Positions 20,142 to 31,460 are shown, counted from the first letter of the stretch. The stretch is DNA of 64,000 nt from Burkholderiales bacterium (GCA_046598945.1 JBKJHT010000033.1:10008-74007); one strand, 5' to 3'. Made by a program: numbers and translations. The notes: generated by a model from the letters alone, not told the origin.

Positions 20142-23005
20142 CTGACTACAAGAAAACGTTGAATTTGCCCGATACGGCGTTCCCGATGAAGGGCGATCTG
20201 GCCAAGCGCGAGCCCGGCTGGGTCGCAACTTGGCAATCCAATAAGCTGTATCAACGCATTCGCGAAGCGAGCAAAGGCCGGCCGAAATTTATTCTGCACG
20301 ACGGGCCGCCCTACGCCAACGGCGATATTCACCTCGGCCACGCGATCAACAAAATCCTCAAAGACATCGTCGTCAAAAGCAAAACGTTGGCGGGCTTCGA
20401 CGCGCCCTATGTGCCGGGCTGGGACTGCCACGGCATGCCGATCGAAATCCAAATCGAGAAAACCCACGGCAAGAATATTCCCGTCGAAGAAACTCAACGA
20501 CTCGCGCGCGCCTACGCAACGGAACAAATCGAGCGACAGAAAAAAGATTTTATTCGATTGGGCGTGTTGGGTGACTGGAACAATCCCTACACCACCATGG
20601 CGTTCAAAAACGAAGCCGATGAAATTCGCGTGCTCGCCAAGCTCATGGAGAAAGGTTACGTTTATCGCGGACTGAAGCCCGTCAACTGGTGCTTCGACTG
20701 TGGCTCGGCCTTGGCGGAAGCGGAGGTGGAGTATGCGGACAAAAAAGATATTGCGATTGATGTTGGGTTTAAGCTGGCGGATGAAGATCGCGAGAAATTG
20801 GCGCATGTTTTTGCTACGGCCTTGCCGACCGATGTGCCGGTATTCGCGCTGATCTGGACGACCACACCCTGGACGATTCCGTCGAACCAAGCGTTAAATG
20901 TTCATCCTGATTTTGCCTATGCGTTGGTAAAGACACAGCGCGCTGACCAGGAAATCATGTTGATACTGGCGCATGAGCGCGTGCAGAACTGCTTGGCGGC
21001 TTATGGTTTGGGCGGCCATATCGAGGGAATTTCGGCAGGGAAGGACCTTGAGAACCTCCGCTTCCAGCATCCGCTTTACGATCGCTACTCGCCGGTTTAC
21101 CTCGGCGACTACGTGACCCTGGATACCGGCACGGGCATCGTCCACAGTTCACCGGCTTATGGCATCGAGGACTTCGAATCCTGCCGTCGCTACGGCATGA
21201 AGGACGATGCAATGCTTACGCCTGTTCTAGGTAGCGGAAAATTCGCCGACAGCCTGGAATTTTTCGGCGGGCAAATGATCTGGAAAGCGAATCCGCTGAT
21301 TGTAGACAAGCTGCGCGAAGTCGGGGCACTGTTTGCCAGCGTCGATTATGTTCACAGCTACATGCATTGCTGGCGTCACAAAACGCCGATTATTTATCGC
21401 GCGACGACACAGTGGTTCGCGAGTATGGACAAGCTGCCCAATCGCGACGGCGGGTCGTCATTGCGGACGTCCGCATTGCAGGCGATCGAGGCCACAGAAT
21501 TTTTCCCGGAATGGGGCAAGCCGCGACTGCACAATATGATCGTCAACCGGCCGGACTGGACCCTGTCGCGCCAGCGCCAGTGGGGCACGCCGATGCCATT
21601 CTTCCAGCACAAAGAAACCGGCGCACTGCATCCGCGCACGCCGGAATTGTTGGAACAGATCGCCGCGCGCGTGGAAGAAGGCGGCATCGAAGCCTGGCAG
21701 CGAATTACCGCAGTCGATATGCTCGGCGCCGATGCCGAGCACTACGCAAAGAACAAAGACACGCTGGACGTGTGGTTCGATTCCGGTTCAACCCATCAGA
21801 CGGTGATGGGCGGACCGAACGGCGAGAAAATCGGTAACGGTTCCCACGCCGACAGCTCGCGCTTTCCCGCCGATCTTTATCTCGAAGGGTCGGATCAACA
21901 TCGCGGCTGGTTTCATTCCTCGTTGCTGGTGAGTTGCATGTTGAACGGCGTCGCACCTTACAAGGCAATTTTGACGCACGGATTTGTTGTCGATGCGCAA
22001 GGGCGCAAGATGAGCAAATCCGCCTTCAACGGCGTCGCGCCACAGAAAGTTTCCGATTCGCTAGGGGCGGAAATTCTGAGGCTTTGGGTCGCGGCAACGG
22101 ACTACTCCGGCGAGTTGACCATCTCCGATGAAATACTAAAGCGCGTGGTCGAAGGCTACCGGCGCATTCGCAACACGTTGCGATTTTTGCTGGCAAATAT
22201 CGCCGATTTCGATATCGAACGCGACAAGCTCGCGCCTGATGCATGGCTGGAAATAGATCGCTATGCGTTGGCGCTGACGGCCAAGCTGCAAGCCGATGTC
22301 GGCGACGATTTCGCGCGCTATCAATTTCATTCGGCGGTACAGAAAATACAAGGCTTCTGCTCGGAAGACTTGGGTGGATTTTATTTGGATGTGCTGAAAG
22401 ATCGACTGTACACGGCCGGCGAAAAGTCCAGCGCGCGGCGCTCGGCGCAAAACGCGCTGCATCACATGACGCATACATTGGTGCGTTTGATGGCGCCTAT
22501 TTTGAGCTTCACGGCAGAGGAAGTGTGGGTGGTGTTGAGCGGTAAATCGGACGACAGTGTCTTTCTACACACATCCAACGAATTGCCTGCGATAAATGAT
22601 CGTGAGCAACTTGTGCACCGTTGGACGCGAATGCGCGAACTGCGCGCCTCGGTGACCAAACAGCTCGAGAAACTTCGGGTCGCGGGCAAAATCGGTTCGT
22701 CGCTGGCGGCGGAACTAGACGTTTACGCGGAGGGCGAACCAGCACAATATCTCGCGTCGTTCGAGGATGACATTCGATTTATTTTCATCGCCTCGCAAGC
22801 GCGCGTGCACAGCGAAAAAAACGCGCAGGCCCAGGCGAGTGGAATTGACGGAATCTCGTTGCATGCCAGAGCCAGCCCCCACGCGAAATGCGAACGCTGC
22901 TGGCATTACCGCGCCGATGTCGGTGGGAACGCCGAGCATGCGACAATTTGCGGGCGTTGCGTTCAAAATTTGTACGGCGATGGGGAGCCTCGACGCTATG
23001 CCTAA
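20138..23005 (+). CDS. ileS: isoleucine--tRNA ligase
   Basis: 955 aa. HIGH motif [17 protein letters not shown] motif RKMSKS, and C-terminal zinc knuckle CERCWHY...CGRC. Confidence 0.97.
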   Translation: MTDYKKTLNLPDTAFPMKGDLAKREPGWVATWQSNKLYQRIREASKGRPKFILHDGPPYANGDIHLGHAINKILKDIVVKSKTLAGFDAPYVPGWDCHGMPIEIQIEKTHGKNIPVEETQRLARAYATEQIERQKKDFIRLGVLGDWNNPYTTMAFKNEADEIRVLAKLMEKGYVYRGLKPVNWCFDCGSALAEAEVEYADKKDIAIDVGFKLADEDREKLAHVFATALPTDVPVFALIWTTTPWTIPSNQALNVHPDFAYALVKTQRADQEIMLILAHERVQNCLAAYGLGGHIEGISAGKDLENLRFQHPLYDRYSPVYLGDYVTLDTGTGIVHSSPAYGIEDFESCRRYGMKDDAMLTPVLGSGKFADSLEFFGGQMIWKANPLIVDKLREVGALFASVDYVHSYMHCWRHKTPIIYRATTQWFASMDKLPNRDGGSSLRTSALQAIEATEFFPEWGKPRLHNMIVNRPDWTLSRQRQWGTPMPFFQHKETGALHPRTPELLEQIAARVEEGGIEAWQRITAVDMLGADAEHYAKNKDTLDVWFDSGSTHQTVMGGPNGEKIGNGSHADSSRFPADLYLEGSDQHRGWFHSSLLVSCMLNGVAPYKAILTHGFVVDAQGRKMSKSAFNGVAPQKVSDSLGAEILRLWVAATDYSGELTISDEILKRVVEGYRRIRNTLRFLLANIADFDIERDKLAPDAWLEIDRYALALTAKLQADVGDDFARYQFHSAVQKIQGFCSEDLGGFYLDVLKDRLYTAGEKSSARRSAQNALHHMTHTLVRLMAPILSFTAEEVWVVLSGKSDDSVFLHTSNELPAINDREQLVHRWTRMRELRASVTKQLEKLRVAGKIGSSLAAELDVYAEGEPAQYLASFEDDIRFIFIASQARVHSEKNAQAQASGIDGISLHARASPHAKCERCWHYRADVGGNAEHATICGRCVQNLYGDGEPRRYA

Positions 23006-23480
23006 AGGACTGCGCTGGCTGGCTTTGAGCGCGATCGTGATCGGCTTGGATCAGCTCACGAAAAGTCGGATCACGTCCGGCTTTCAGTTGGGCGACAGCA
23101 TCACGATCACGTCTTTTTTTAACCTGGTACTGGCCTACAACACGGGCGCGGCGTTCAGTTTTCTCGCCGGCGCCGGTGGCTGGCAACGGGTATTTTTTAT
23201 CGCCATCGCAGTGGTGGCATCGATCGTCATCGTTTATCTCATGCGTAAACCGCAAAACGATACGCTGATGAACGCCGCGTTGGCATTGATTCTCGGCGGC
23301 GCGATTGGCAACGTGATCGATCGTGTGCGTCTGGGGCATGTCGTGGATTTCATTCAAGTTCACGCGGCGGGATATTATTTCCCCGCGTTCAATGTCGCGG
23401 ATTCGGCGATCACCGTCGGCGCCGCCTTCCTGATTTGGGATAGTTTTCGTAAACCAGCACTAGTGAATTCACAACCATGA
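22998..23480 (+). CDS. lspA: lipoprotein signal peptidase II
   Basis: The true start is ATG 22998 ([23 protein letters not shown]), overlapping the ileS stop. Contains NTGAAFSF and GNVIDR...VVDF. Confidence 0.93.
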   Translation: MPKGLRWLALSAIVIGLDQLTKSRITSGFQLGDSITITSFFNLVLAYNTGAAFSFLAGAGGWQRVFFIAIAVVASIVIVYLMRKPQNDTLMNAALALILGGAIGNVIDRVRLGHVVDFIQVHAAGYYFPAFNVADSAITVGAAFLIWDSFRKPALVNSQP

Positions 23481-23491
23481 GCAAGCCAGAA

Positions 23492-23558
23492 GGCGCGCGG
23501 ATACTGCCTCGTGGCGATGCATGCCTGAAACGGCACACGGCTGTTGCCTCGTGGCACG
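23492..23558 (+). repeat. REP-like intergenic repeat, double core
   Basis: GGCGCGCGGATACTGCCTCGTGGCGATGCATGCCTGAAACGGCACACGGCTGTTGCCTCGTGGCACGG, located between lspA and ispH. Confidence 0.6.
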
Positions 23559-23571
23559 GAAGGAAAAAATC

Positions 23572-24522
23572 ATGGAAGTGATGCTCGCCAATCCACGCGG
23601 CTTTTGTGCCGGTGTCGATCGCGCGATCGAGATTGTCGAGCGCGCACTGGAACGTTATGGCCCACCGATTTATGTGCGCCACGAAGTCGTGCACAACAAA
23701 TTCGTCGTCGACGATTTGAAATCCAAGGGCGCGATCTTCATCGAAGATCTGGGCGAAGTTCCGCCCGGCAGCACGCTTATTTACAGCGCCCACGGTGTTT
23801 CACAAGCGGTACGCGCAGAGGCGCGGCAACGCGGCTTCAACGTATTCGACGCGACCTGCCCGTTGGTTACCAAGGTCCACGCGGAAGTCGCGAGCATGCG
23901 CGCGAAGGGATTGGAAATCATCATGATCGGCCATGCCGGCCATCCGGAAGTCGAAGGGACGATGGGCCAATCCAACGCGGGGATGTACTTGGTTGAAACC
24001 GAAAGCGAAGTTGCCAATCTCAAAGTGCAAGACGAAAACAAACTCGCCTACGTCACGCAAACCACGTTATCCGTCGACGATGCCAGCAAAGTCGTCGCCG
24101 CGTTGCAAGCGCGCTTCCCAACCATACGCGGCCCGAAGCGCGGCGACATCTGCTACGCCACGCAAAATCGCCAAGATGCGGTGAAATTCATGGCGCCGCA
24201 ATGTGATCTCGTCATCGTAGTCGGTTCGCCAACCAGTTCCAACTCCAATCGTCTGCGCGAGCTTGCGGAGAATTTAGGCGTGGAAGCCTACATGGTTGAC
24301 AACGCGGGTGAATTGCGCGCCACGTGGTTGGACGGCAAACAGCGTGTCGGCGTCAGCGCCGGCGCATCGGCGCCGGAAGTGTTGGTCGAAAAAGTGATCA
24401 GTCGATTGAAACAACTGGGCGCGAAAAACGTGCGCGAATTGTCGGGGAGCCTGGAGACTATTGTATTTCCTATTCCGAAGGGACTTGCCGGGGGTAGTCG
24501 ACGTAAGAATCGACACCTTTAA
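23572..24522 (+). CDS. ispH: 4-hydroxy-3-methylbut-2-enyl diphosphate reductase
   Basis: Start at ATG 23572 ([19 protein letters not shown]). Contains [11 protein letters not shown] and ICYATQNRQ. Sits in ileS-lspA-ispH synteny. Confidence 0.95.
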   Translation: MEVMLANPRGFCAGVDRAIEIVERALERYGPPIYVRHEVVHNKFVVDDLKSKGAIFIEDLGEVPPGSTLIYSAHGVSQAVRAEARQRGFNVFDATCPLVTKVHAEVASMRAKGLEIIMIGHAGHPEVEGTMGQSNAGMYLVETESEVANLKVQDENKLAYVTQTTLSVDDASKVVAALQARFPTIRGPKRGDICYATQNRQDAVKFMAPQCDLVIVVGSPTSSNSNRLRELAENLGVEAYMVDNAGELRATWLDGKQRVGVSAGASAPEVLVEKVISRLKQLGAKNVRELSGSLETIVFPIPKGLAGGSRRKNRHL

Positions 24523-24604
24523 ACTCATCGGAAGATCACGGTCGCGGGGCCGGGTTTCTATCCGTCGTTTGAGAAGAACTATTGACGCAGACAATCGCCC
24601 TGCA

Positions 24605-24634
24605 GGAAAAAAGGGGCTGGTGTGCCAGCCCCTT
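24605..24634 (-). terminator. rho-independent terminator of the pilus operon (may also serve ispH)
   Basis: AAGGGGCTGG-TGTG-CCAGCCCCTT. On the minus strand the stem is followed by TTTTTTCC. It lies 30 nt past the pilY1 stop. Confidence 0.8.
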
Positions 24635-24663
24635 CCTCGTTTTCAAATCGCCATACCTATCCG

Positions 24664-27600
24664 TTATTTAATAATGATCTCGCGCCAACTTGAGCGTCGC
24701 CCTTTGAATCCCTTGGGATAGGGAACCTCGCCGACGAGTTTCTGCCCGTTCGATAGCGTAATAATTGCCACTAATTTGCCATCAGGAAGTTTTACAACTA
24801 CAGGGCGCGTTGCTAACGCATTCGTTAGAAATTGTGAAGCCACAGGTTGTCCGTTCGCCGCAAGGTTTGTGCCGGTGACGAACCCACCGGTGCGAAAATC
24901 AAGGTTGTACAAGAAACTGTAACCCCCATCGGTATCCAAACATGTTACGGTTGTTGTAGGGACATTGGTGGTAAAGGAAATCGTACCTACCGCTAGTGAC
25001 GGGTCGCCGGTAACGCGCTCACCGGCATCTGGCAAGTCGACATACCATCCCGCTTTGGAATCCCAGTCCACAATGTTGTTGGTGCTTGATCGAACCCGCG
25101 CCCCTTCACGTGTGGTTTCTGTTAGTTTTTGCTCTACTAAAATTCCACCAGAGCGCACCGGGCCCCAACCTGTAGCAACAAGGGCGTCCTTAATGCCATA
25201 AAATGTCTGTAGCGACTTGTCCGTGTTATCGCTTTTGCTAAGAAATTTACCGGTGCCCACCATGACAATGCGTTTGTCCTTGAATTCACCTAGTTCAGGC
25301 TTAGTCGTGACCGGTTGCCTAGCAACACTGCCACCGTATAGCTCCGCGAGGAGCGTTACGATAGGCTTAGAGGGATCAACGCTTTCGTACTGTCTTTTCC
25401 CGACCTGAATTCGCCACAGATTACCGCTCAGATCGCCACCATAGACATCCGTTGTGGAATTGTTAGCACTATCGTCCACCCAGCCGGAGATCTTTGCGAA
25501 CCCGCAATGTCCATCGGTACAACTGTTTGCAACAAGTACTGGAGAATCGGTGCGGTGCGCCCCGGTGATCGGATCAAGCATATACAAATAGCCCTTGCCG
25601 TCGGCATTGTTGTATCCTGAAGTCAATAGCACCGTCCATTGGCCCTTGACCTTGGTGATGGTCGGGTTACCAAAACTGTAACCGATATTGGCATCCATTT
25701 TGTTGCAAAGAGCCGCGTCGTTACAAAACTGCCACAAAGCGATGGGTGAAGACGGAACCGTCACATCCAACGCGAAGTAACCTACTCCACCTGCGTTTAA
25801 GCCGCCGACAAGGATAGTTCGCCATTTCGACCCGTCGTACACATCGCCGACCACGGGCGTTCCATCGACATAGAACTGGTGCTCATACAGCTTATCCGCA
25901 AGCTTATACATTTTCGGCATGACCATGCTGGGAACGTAGGACCACACTTCCTCGCCGGTGTCTGCATTAATAGCGTGCAGCATACCGTCGTTTGCGGGTG
26001 TATAAACCATTGCTTGACGTGACGCTTTAGCACTTACAAAGTCACCATAGCCGGCATCGGAATATTTGAATCGCGGCTTTTTAACATATACTGCTTCACC
26101 GCTAACGATGTCACCAAGAGCATAGTCTCGGCCGCGATAAGGAATATCGGCGTTCCCCGCATCATCCTCCAATCCCGTTTGACCACGCAAGTATCCGATC
26201 ATGCTACCGGCCGTATCCGCGAGTGGCTTGCCGACCACGCTGAGGCTGGCGTACTGGGAGGTAAGTGTTGGCGAGAACCACGCCTTCTGAGCCACGCTCA
26301 GATTGCCCCATTCAAAACTCGTTACATTCGTTGGGCCACTCCCTGCCCACATATAGATAGTGCGAGCATCGGATGCAGCCGAAACTTTCTCATTTAGCAT
26401 CTTGCGCGCGGACCAATCGATCGTTGAACTGATACTACCGTTGGCCGGGTCGATCTGCTGCCGAGTAAGGTCGCCATCCCATACCTTGGTTTGGTAGGTG
26501 CTACTAAAAATAAAGTTATCACCTGCGACTACGTTCGGGTTACTGGTGGCGGCCGCCGCGGCGGCGCCAACATCCGCGTTAATTGAGCGCAGCGCGTCCA
26601 TTAGACCTAACACCAGGGCTTGCGGGTTACGTGCGTTGTAGTAGACGCCACCGCCATTCACCGCTGCGTGCCAAAGGTCATCGATGGTTGTCAGACTGTT
26701 GGCAACAGGGACCGGCCAATCTTTGCTGCCACTCTTGAGAAGAGCGAAATCGCCTGCGGTCGCCGTTTCGTAGTCGGGGCGGTATGCCAGTTGTCCGGAA
26801 ACGCCCAAACCGATGGTGTAGGTGGTCATATGTTGGTGCGAGGCAGGATCGCGGCTATTGCCACTCACATCGTTAGGCATCGTAGGCCTAAGATCGGTCT
26901 TGTAGTAATACATGGCGATGTCTGCGAGCGTATCCGTCGCTAATGCGTTACCACCATCATATTTTGGGCGGATCGAGATACCGCTATTCGTGTTATCTTG
27001 ATTACCTACCGGTGAGGTTCCGTCGATCTTCACCCCAGAGCCGCTGTTCCAGAACCCGTCCGTGGTCATGATCGTCCAATTTTTTTGGCAACTCTGCTGA
27101 ATGGGATCATCCAAAGCGGTACCGGCGTACATACGGCCAGCAAGAGAAAGCGCGGGTTTTAACGGTGTGAAGCTATTGGTGGTCACGCCATATAACTTGT
27201 CATACCAAATTTTCCGATGTCCGCTTGGCACGAAGTCAGCGATTTTGAGATATCCGCTGCTTGAAGAGCTCGTGACGTGGATGGTCATCAATCCAACTCG
27301 CGCATTATCGCTTAAGATACTAAATCCTAAGCCCGATGAGGTTTTCGCCATCAGTAACCGTGTCCGGTAGTATGCGTACCAATTCCCGTAGTTTGTCATC
27401 TCATTCTCATAACTCCGGCCGCTCTTGCAGGTGGGCGTGCAGGCCGTAGGCGTTATGTCGACGCGAGTCACGTTAGAAAATTTTGCGTAGGCGTAGGTAG
27501 CATCCTTTGATGACTGACATTGTGCGAGGCTTGCCTTGCACCACTCTACGGTCATATCGTAGTAGTAGGGTGGGCTTGAAATGGAGATTGTAGACTTATA

Positions 27601-28164
27601 GGTGGCATCGGGATAACTATACCCCACGGCCGTGGACCCGTACTTCATTCCATTTTTCCGGCAATCCACTCCCGTCGAGTCTGCCGTTGATTTTTGCCCT
27701 GCAGTGGGGCTGCTGACCTTACAATAAATCTTATCGCTTATGGATTCAACACTGACCTTGCTCGAAGGGCTCAGGTAGGGGTCCGTTTGAACTTGGTCCC
27801 AGCGTTTTGTAGTCCCCACCATGCGGAATTGGCTGGCCATGGAGGTTACGCCATCGTTAGTTACGCCGGGCTGATAAGTGACCGTAGGATTGTAGTAAAT
27901 GCCATTGAATTCGTTGCTATTGTACGGCGGGTCGGCAAAGGCGCAGGCACTGCTTTTGCAGTGCGCTTCGACTACGTAGTCTGGCATGTATTCAAAATTC
28001 ATACTCCCCGAATCGTCGAGTTGGAACATGATGTTCGGTTTGACTTTGTCCGCTCCTGCTGTGAAAAGCGGGTCTTGTGAGATCGGTATGGTTCCCGCAA
28101 GCGCAAACTTGCCGCTTACAACAAGAAGCGTCACAGCGAGAAAAAAGTAGGATTTAGTATTCAT
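24664..28164 (-). CDS. pilY1: type IV pilus tip adhesin / biogenesis factor PilY1 (PilC family) with N-terminal vWA-like module
   Basis: About 1166 aa from the ATG at 28162-28164, preceded by GGAGCAAAC. Has a signal peptide, a DDSGSM (DxSxS MIDAS-like) motif, and a C-terminal beta-propeller-like PilY1 region. It is the last gene of the minor-pilin operon. Confidence 0.88.
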   Translation of the reverse strand: MNTKSYFFLAVTLLVVSGKFALAGTIPISQDPLFTAGADKVKPNIMFQLDDSGSMNFEYMPDYVVEAHCKSSACAFADPPYNSNEFNGIYYNPTVTYQPGVTNDGVTSMASQFRMVGTTKRWDQVQTDPYLSPSSKVSVESISDKIYCKVSSPTAGQKSTADSTGVDCRKNGMKYGSTAVGYSYPDATYKSTISISSPPYYYDMTVEWCKASLAQCQSSKDATYAYAKFSNVTRVDITPTACTPTCKSGRSYENEMTNYGNWYAYYRTRLLMAKTSSGLGFSILSDNARVGLMTIHVTSSSSSGYLKIADFVPSGHRKIWYDKLYGVTTNSFTPLKPALSLAGRMYAGTALDDPIQQSCQKNWTIMTTDGFWNSGSGVKIDGTSPVGNQDNTNSGISIRPKYDGGNALATDTLADIAMYYYKTDLRPTMPNDVSGNSRDPASHQHMTTYTIGLGVSGQLAYRPDYETATAGDFALLKSGSKDWPVPVANSLTTIDDLWHAAVNGGGVYYNARNPQALVLGLMDALRSINADVGAAAAAATSNPNVVAGDNFIFSSTYQTKVWDGDLTRQQIDPANGSISSTIDWSARKMLNEKVSAASDARTIYMWAGSGPTNVTSFEWGNLSVAQKAWFSPTLTSQYASLSVVGKPLADTAGSMIGYLRGQTGLEDDAGNADIPYRGRDYALGDIVSGEAVYVKKPRFKYSDAGYGDFVSAKASRQAMVYTPANDGMLHAINADTGEEVWSYVPSMVMPKMYKLADKLYEHQFYVDGTPVVGDVYDGSKWRTILVGGLNAGGVGYFALDVTVPSSPIALWQFCNDAALCNKMDANIGYSFGNPTITKVKGQWTVLLTSGYNNADGKGYLYMLDPITGAHRTDSPVLVANSCTDGHCGFAKISGWVDDSANNSTTDVYGGDLSGNLWRIQVGKRQYESVDPSKPIVTLLAELYGGSVARQPVTTKPELGEFKDKRIVMVGTGKFLSKSDNTDKSLQTFYGIKDALVATGWGPVRSGGILVEQKLTETTREGARVRSSTNNIVDWDSKAGWYVDLPDAGERVTGDPSLAVGTISFTTNVPTTTVTCLDTDGGYSFLYNLDFRTGGFVTGTNLAANGQPVASQFLTNALATRPVVVKLPDGKLVAIITLSNGQKLVGEVPYPKGFKGRRSSWREIIIK

Positions 28165-28197
28165 GTTTGCTCCAAATATTTGCAATACGTTAACTTG

Positions 28198-28821
28198 TTA
28201 ATAGGCCATGACCTGAACATAAGTGGTGGAACCTTTAGGATCTGTAATCCGCGTGGTAACGCGGTAACTCAGGTAACTTGTCGTAAAAGGTAGATCCCCA
28301 CCGGCACCCTTGCTATTGTAAGCATCTGTTGCCGCGACTTCTTTACTCGCGCAGGCATTAGTGGGCCCGAACGTGCCAGATGCACTACAAAGACGTTCAA
28401 TCACGAATTGAATAGCATTTCCCGAAGCATCCGCGCCAGGAATTTTTTTTGAGCGCCCTGCCCAGTTGTACCGCGACCAATCCGATACCGCGCTACTCGA
28501 GCCGGAAATCGTCAAGTCTGCTGCTGCGTAGTAACCTTCCACTTCGACATCGTTATTTAAGACGGCAGAGTTACGATTGGCTTCTATGAACGCCATCCCG
28601 CGTTCGATTGCTGCGTCGGCAGAGGTAATCGCGCTTTCTCGGAAGGCGAGATTGCCGGCTATACCGGTTGTCGTATCCAAGGAGCGCATCAGGCCAATAC
28701 CCGCCAGTGACATTACAACCAACACGATCAACGCAACAAACAGCACTAGACCACGTTGCGAGAATCTCGAATCAAAGGTGTGGCGGTATGATTTCGTTAC
28801 TTCAGTTGCGATATGCATCAT
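28198..28821 (-). CDS. pilX: minor pilin-associated protein PilX (PilX_N type)
   Basis: 207 aa. RGLVLFVALIVLVVMSLAGIGLMRSLD is a PilX N-terminal helix. The start overlaps the pilW stop. Confidence 0.75.
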   Translation of the reverse strand: MMHIATEVTKSYRHTFDSRFSQRGLVLFVALIVLVVMSLAGIGLMRSLDTTTGIAGNLAFRESAITSADAAIERGMAFIEANRNSAVLNNDVEVEGYYAAADLTISGSSSAVSDWSRYNWAGRSKKIPGADASGNAIQFVIERLCSASGTFGPTNACASKEVAATDAYNSKGAGGDLPFTTSYLSYRVTTRITDPKGSTTYVQVMAY

Positions 28822-29909
28822 TCTCTCCAGATAATGCTGCGCAGCGGGATAATGGTTTCGTAGACCTTATAGCGAAAATAGTTATCGTCGCCGGCGAGGG
28901 TGTGAGTAGGCGCAGCCGCACTGGCTACGGGATTGGTCCATAAAGTAAGCGAACTTCCGGGGGTGACTATCTGCTTTTCGCGAATCGTACTGCGCGCTAC
29001 GATCGCCACGTGTAGTGCCAGCACCCGGGTCCAATCGGCCTGCGCTGCCACGGTATTCTCGTCCCAAGTATCAATTCTTCCATCGCCATTGGTATCTCGA
29101 CCATACTGTGCTTGGAGATTAACAATGTTATCTGCGAACGATTGCGCGCCTGGTTGGAATGTGTCCGCAACCCATAAGCTATTATTGGCGACGGAGTAAG
29201 TCTTACCTTCGGGAAGCGCGCCCAGATTAAGCACCGTAGAACCGCTGGGATAAGGAATTCCCAATCCACCGGGCGGATTGAAGCGCGCCGGGACTTTCTT
29301 TCCGAACGCGTCTGTGTACATTCCGGAGTTGTGTATGATGTTGTCGGTACCACCAGGTGTTCCCGGAACCCCGGTCACCTGCATCAGCGAGCAATCCGTC
29401 GCCAGATTCGTTGGGTCTACGACTAACAAAACGTCGCCTTCCTTAAAGCCGTAGCGATTATTGACTTTAATATTGGCTGCAGCTCCACCATAATCACCGG
29501 ATAACTTCGCGGCGAACGGGATGGCATCACTGCTCGCGTAGTTGAGTCGAATTTGATCCGGTGCGGTGCCGACGCCGTTGACAATTACCGCAGGACCCCA
29601 TTGATCCGACGTAAGCGGAAAAGTCATTGCGCCGGTTTCGTCATAGCCCTGAATTTTGCAACTTAATGTAAGCAAAGCACCCAGACCAAATCCGGCTTGG
29701 CGAACGTCGCGTTCGACCGTATAAAGGGCGACGGCTCCGCTTTGTTGCGCTTCATTTCCGCTTACAGTGGTCCGTTTGTAGCCCTCTGAAACAGCAAATG
29801 TTTGGATTACCACCAAAGTGCCCAATAGGGCGATAACAATTCCAACCATTAACTCGACAATACCCATGCCGCGCTGCTGCGCGTGAATTGAGGAAAAATT
29901 ATTTGTCAT
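28818..29909 (-). CDS. pilW: type IV minor pilin PilW
   Basis: The true start is ATG 29907-29909 (MTNNFSSIHAQQRGMGIVELMVGIVIALLG), giving a prepilin G|xxxE methylation motif. ATGA overlap with pilV. Confidence 0.8.
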   Translation of the reverse strand: MTNNFSSIHAQQRGMGIVELMVGIVIALLGTLVVIQTFAVSEGYKRTTVSGNEAQQSGAVALYTVERDVRQAGFGLGALLTLSCKIQGYDETGAMTFPLTSDQWGPAVIVNGVGTAPDQIRLNYASSDAIPFAAKLSGDYGGAAANIKVNNRYGFKEGDVLLVVDPTNLATDCSLMQVTGVPGTPGGTDNIIHNSGMYTDAFGKKVPARFNPPGGLGIPYPSGSTVLNLGALPEGKTYSVANNSLWVADTFQPGAQSFADNIVNLQAQYGRDTNGDGRIDTWDENTVAAQADWTRVLALHVAIVARSTIREKQIVTPGSSLTLWTNPVASAAAPTHTLAGDDNYFRYKVYETIIPLRSIIWRE

Positions 29910-30364
29910 ATCGGGTTCACCGGAATCTGCGCCACAGAAACATAACGACGCATTTGAGTCGAAGGGTCTTGCGGATGGCGCCACAGGACCGTGATCGTGA
30001 TTTGATTTCCTTGTGGCGTCACAATTGGGGTAATCGCGATCTCCGCCGTCGCGCCGGGCAGTCCGGACAGCACGGAGTTTAACTCGCTCTGCCATGACTT
30101 AAATTTCGCCCCGGCAGGCCCGTAGTCCGCAGCCAGCGTAGTCGAGTTATCGGCCCACATTTGCGCGATCAGTTTGTTTACCAAAAAGCTGGCGTCGACG
30201 CGATATTTGGCTTCCGCGCTTTGTTTTATGGCGATGGCCTGCATTCCAACCAACGCTAATATCCCTAGGGAAAATATTAGTACGGCGATCAATCCCTCCA
30301 GGAGGATAAAACCGCGAGGTCCCTTTAGAGGCAGTCGAGATTGTCTTTTCAATTTTGTCTCCAT
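29906..30364 (-). CDS. pilV: type IV minor pilin PilV
   Basis: Start at ATG 30362-30364 (METKLKRQSRLPLKGPRGFILLEGLIAVLIFSLGIL). Prepilin-type N-terminus. Confidence 0.78.
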   Translation of the reverse strand: METKLKRQSRLPLKGPRGFILLEGLIAVLIFSLGILALVGMQAIAIKQSAEAKYRVDASFLVNKLIAQMWADNSTTLAADYGPAGAKFKSWQSELNSVLSGLPGATAEIAITPIVTPQGNQITITVLWRHPQDPSTQMRRYVSVAQIPVNPI

Positions 30365-30945
30365 TACCACACACACCGACGTGGATCCGGCGCAATAACA
30401 TTCGGATCGCACAGACGCATATTGCCGCCGCGTGAAACCAAAACTCGTAGATTGCGGCTCTGGTCCGCGCTTAGTTTCGATGAGTCTATGTCTATTTGTT
30501 GCAAGGAAACCGACGCATCGTCATTGGCGCTAACGCGCCCGAAGCCATCGAAAGTCGCGATACTCGACGCTGGCGTTGTTACAGCTGTGGCGTATTTTGC
30601 ACCGACCTCACCATCCGCGCTTTGCACAAAGACATAATCGTCGGTGACACGCCGGTACTGCCTGATCATCCAGTTCTTTCCGGTCGAACTCGGAATAATA
30701 GTGTTTACGTTGCCCAAGGCCACGTCCGAATTTGTCAAGACGAATTCTACTGTTGTGTTGAGTTTAATCGCTTCGGCGCGCGCGATTTGTAATCCAGAGT
30801 TGATGGATTCAGCGCGATTACGAATCTGTTGGTTTAGAAGCCACGTCGAATACGCGGGCATGCCAATTGCCCACAATATTCCAACTATGGCAATCCCGAT
30901 CATTAATTCGATCAAGCTAAAACCACATTGACGCAAATTTGACAT
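30364..30945 (-). CDS. fimT: GspH/FimT-family minor pilin (FimT/FimU)
   Basis: Start at ATG 30943-30945 (MSNLRQCGFSLIELMIGIAIVGILWAIGMPAY). TAATG overlap with the upstream pilin gene. Confidence 0.75.
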   Translation of the reverse strand: MSNLRQCGFSLIELMIGIAIVGILWAIGMPAYSTWLLNQQIRNRAESINSGLQIARAEAIKLNTTVEFVLTNSDVALGNVNTIIPSSTGKNWMIRQYRRVTDDYVFVQSADGEVGAKYATAVTTPASSIATFDGFGRVSANDDASVSLQQIDIDSSKLSADQSRNLRVLVSRGGNMRLCDPNVIAPDPRRCVW

Positions 30946-31403
30946 TAGCAATACCCACCTTTTTTCGTCACCCAACAATTGTTAGGCGTGCGGGCCTTCC
31001 AGCCTTGGCCAAGTGGGACACCGGTGATCGCGCTGGTTTGATTGTTAAGTTGATTGACAGTGTATGCAAATCCAGCCATCGGGCCCTTACCCGTTGCCGT
31101 TACGGTAAAGGTGGTGGCGGTAGCAGCACAGGTAAGATCAAACGAATTCCCTGCAGCCACAGGAATTTGTGTTGCGGTGGGTGCCGTCGGCGCAACTGCG
31201 CATCCATCGACCGGATAGCTTCGATTATCTTGATAAAACTGCTCCATCCGAACCCGGGTATCACCAAGACCCGCAGTCGCTTCGGGAATTCGGCCCCGCG
31301 TAATATAGTCTCGATAACTGGGTAAAGCGACTGCCGTAATGATCGAAATAATTACGATGGCGATCATCAATTCGATCAGCGAAAACCCCTGTTGGTGTTT
31401 CAT
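30945..31403 (-). CDS. pilE: PilE-like type IV (minor) pilin
   Basis: 152 aa. MKHQQGFSLIELMIAIVIISIITAVALPSYRDYITRGRIPEA, with a C-terminal Cys pair (NNCW...GGYC). It is the first gene of the operon. Confidence 0.8.
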   Translation of the reverse strand: MKHQQGFSLIELMIAIVIISIITAVALPSYRDYITRGRIPEATAGLGDTRVRMEQFYQDNRSYPVDGCAVAPTAPTATQIPVAAGNSFDLTCAATATTFTVTATGKGPMAGFAYTVNQLNNQTSAITGVPLGQGWKARTPNNCWVTKKGGYC

Positions 31404-31431
31404 GTAACGCCCCTATCAGTAGATGTAGCGA

Positions 31432-31460
31432 ATAGTAGGGGCGGGGCGAAGATGTGCCAA
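31432..31460 (-). promoter_or_regulatory. putative sigma-70 promoter of the pilE-fimT-pilVWX-pilY1 operon
   Basis: Minus strand reads TTGGCA-17 nt-TACTAT, ending about 28 nt upstream of the pilE ATG. An AGGGG SD lies in between. Confidence 0.5.

Noticed and set aside
20006-20890. 294-aa minus-strand ORF, and similar cases at 47348..48322 (+), 51861..52703 (-), 12082..12690 (-), 36620..37243 (-) and 54932..55552 (-)
   Set aside because: All are antisense to well-supported genes (ileS, topA, the 51693 gene, ntrX/permease, metK, MFS). They are compositional artefacts.
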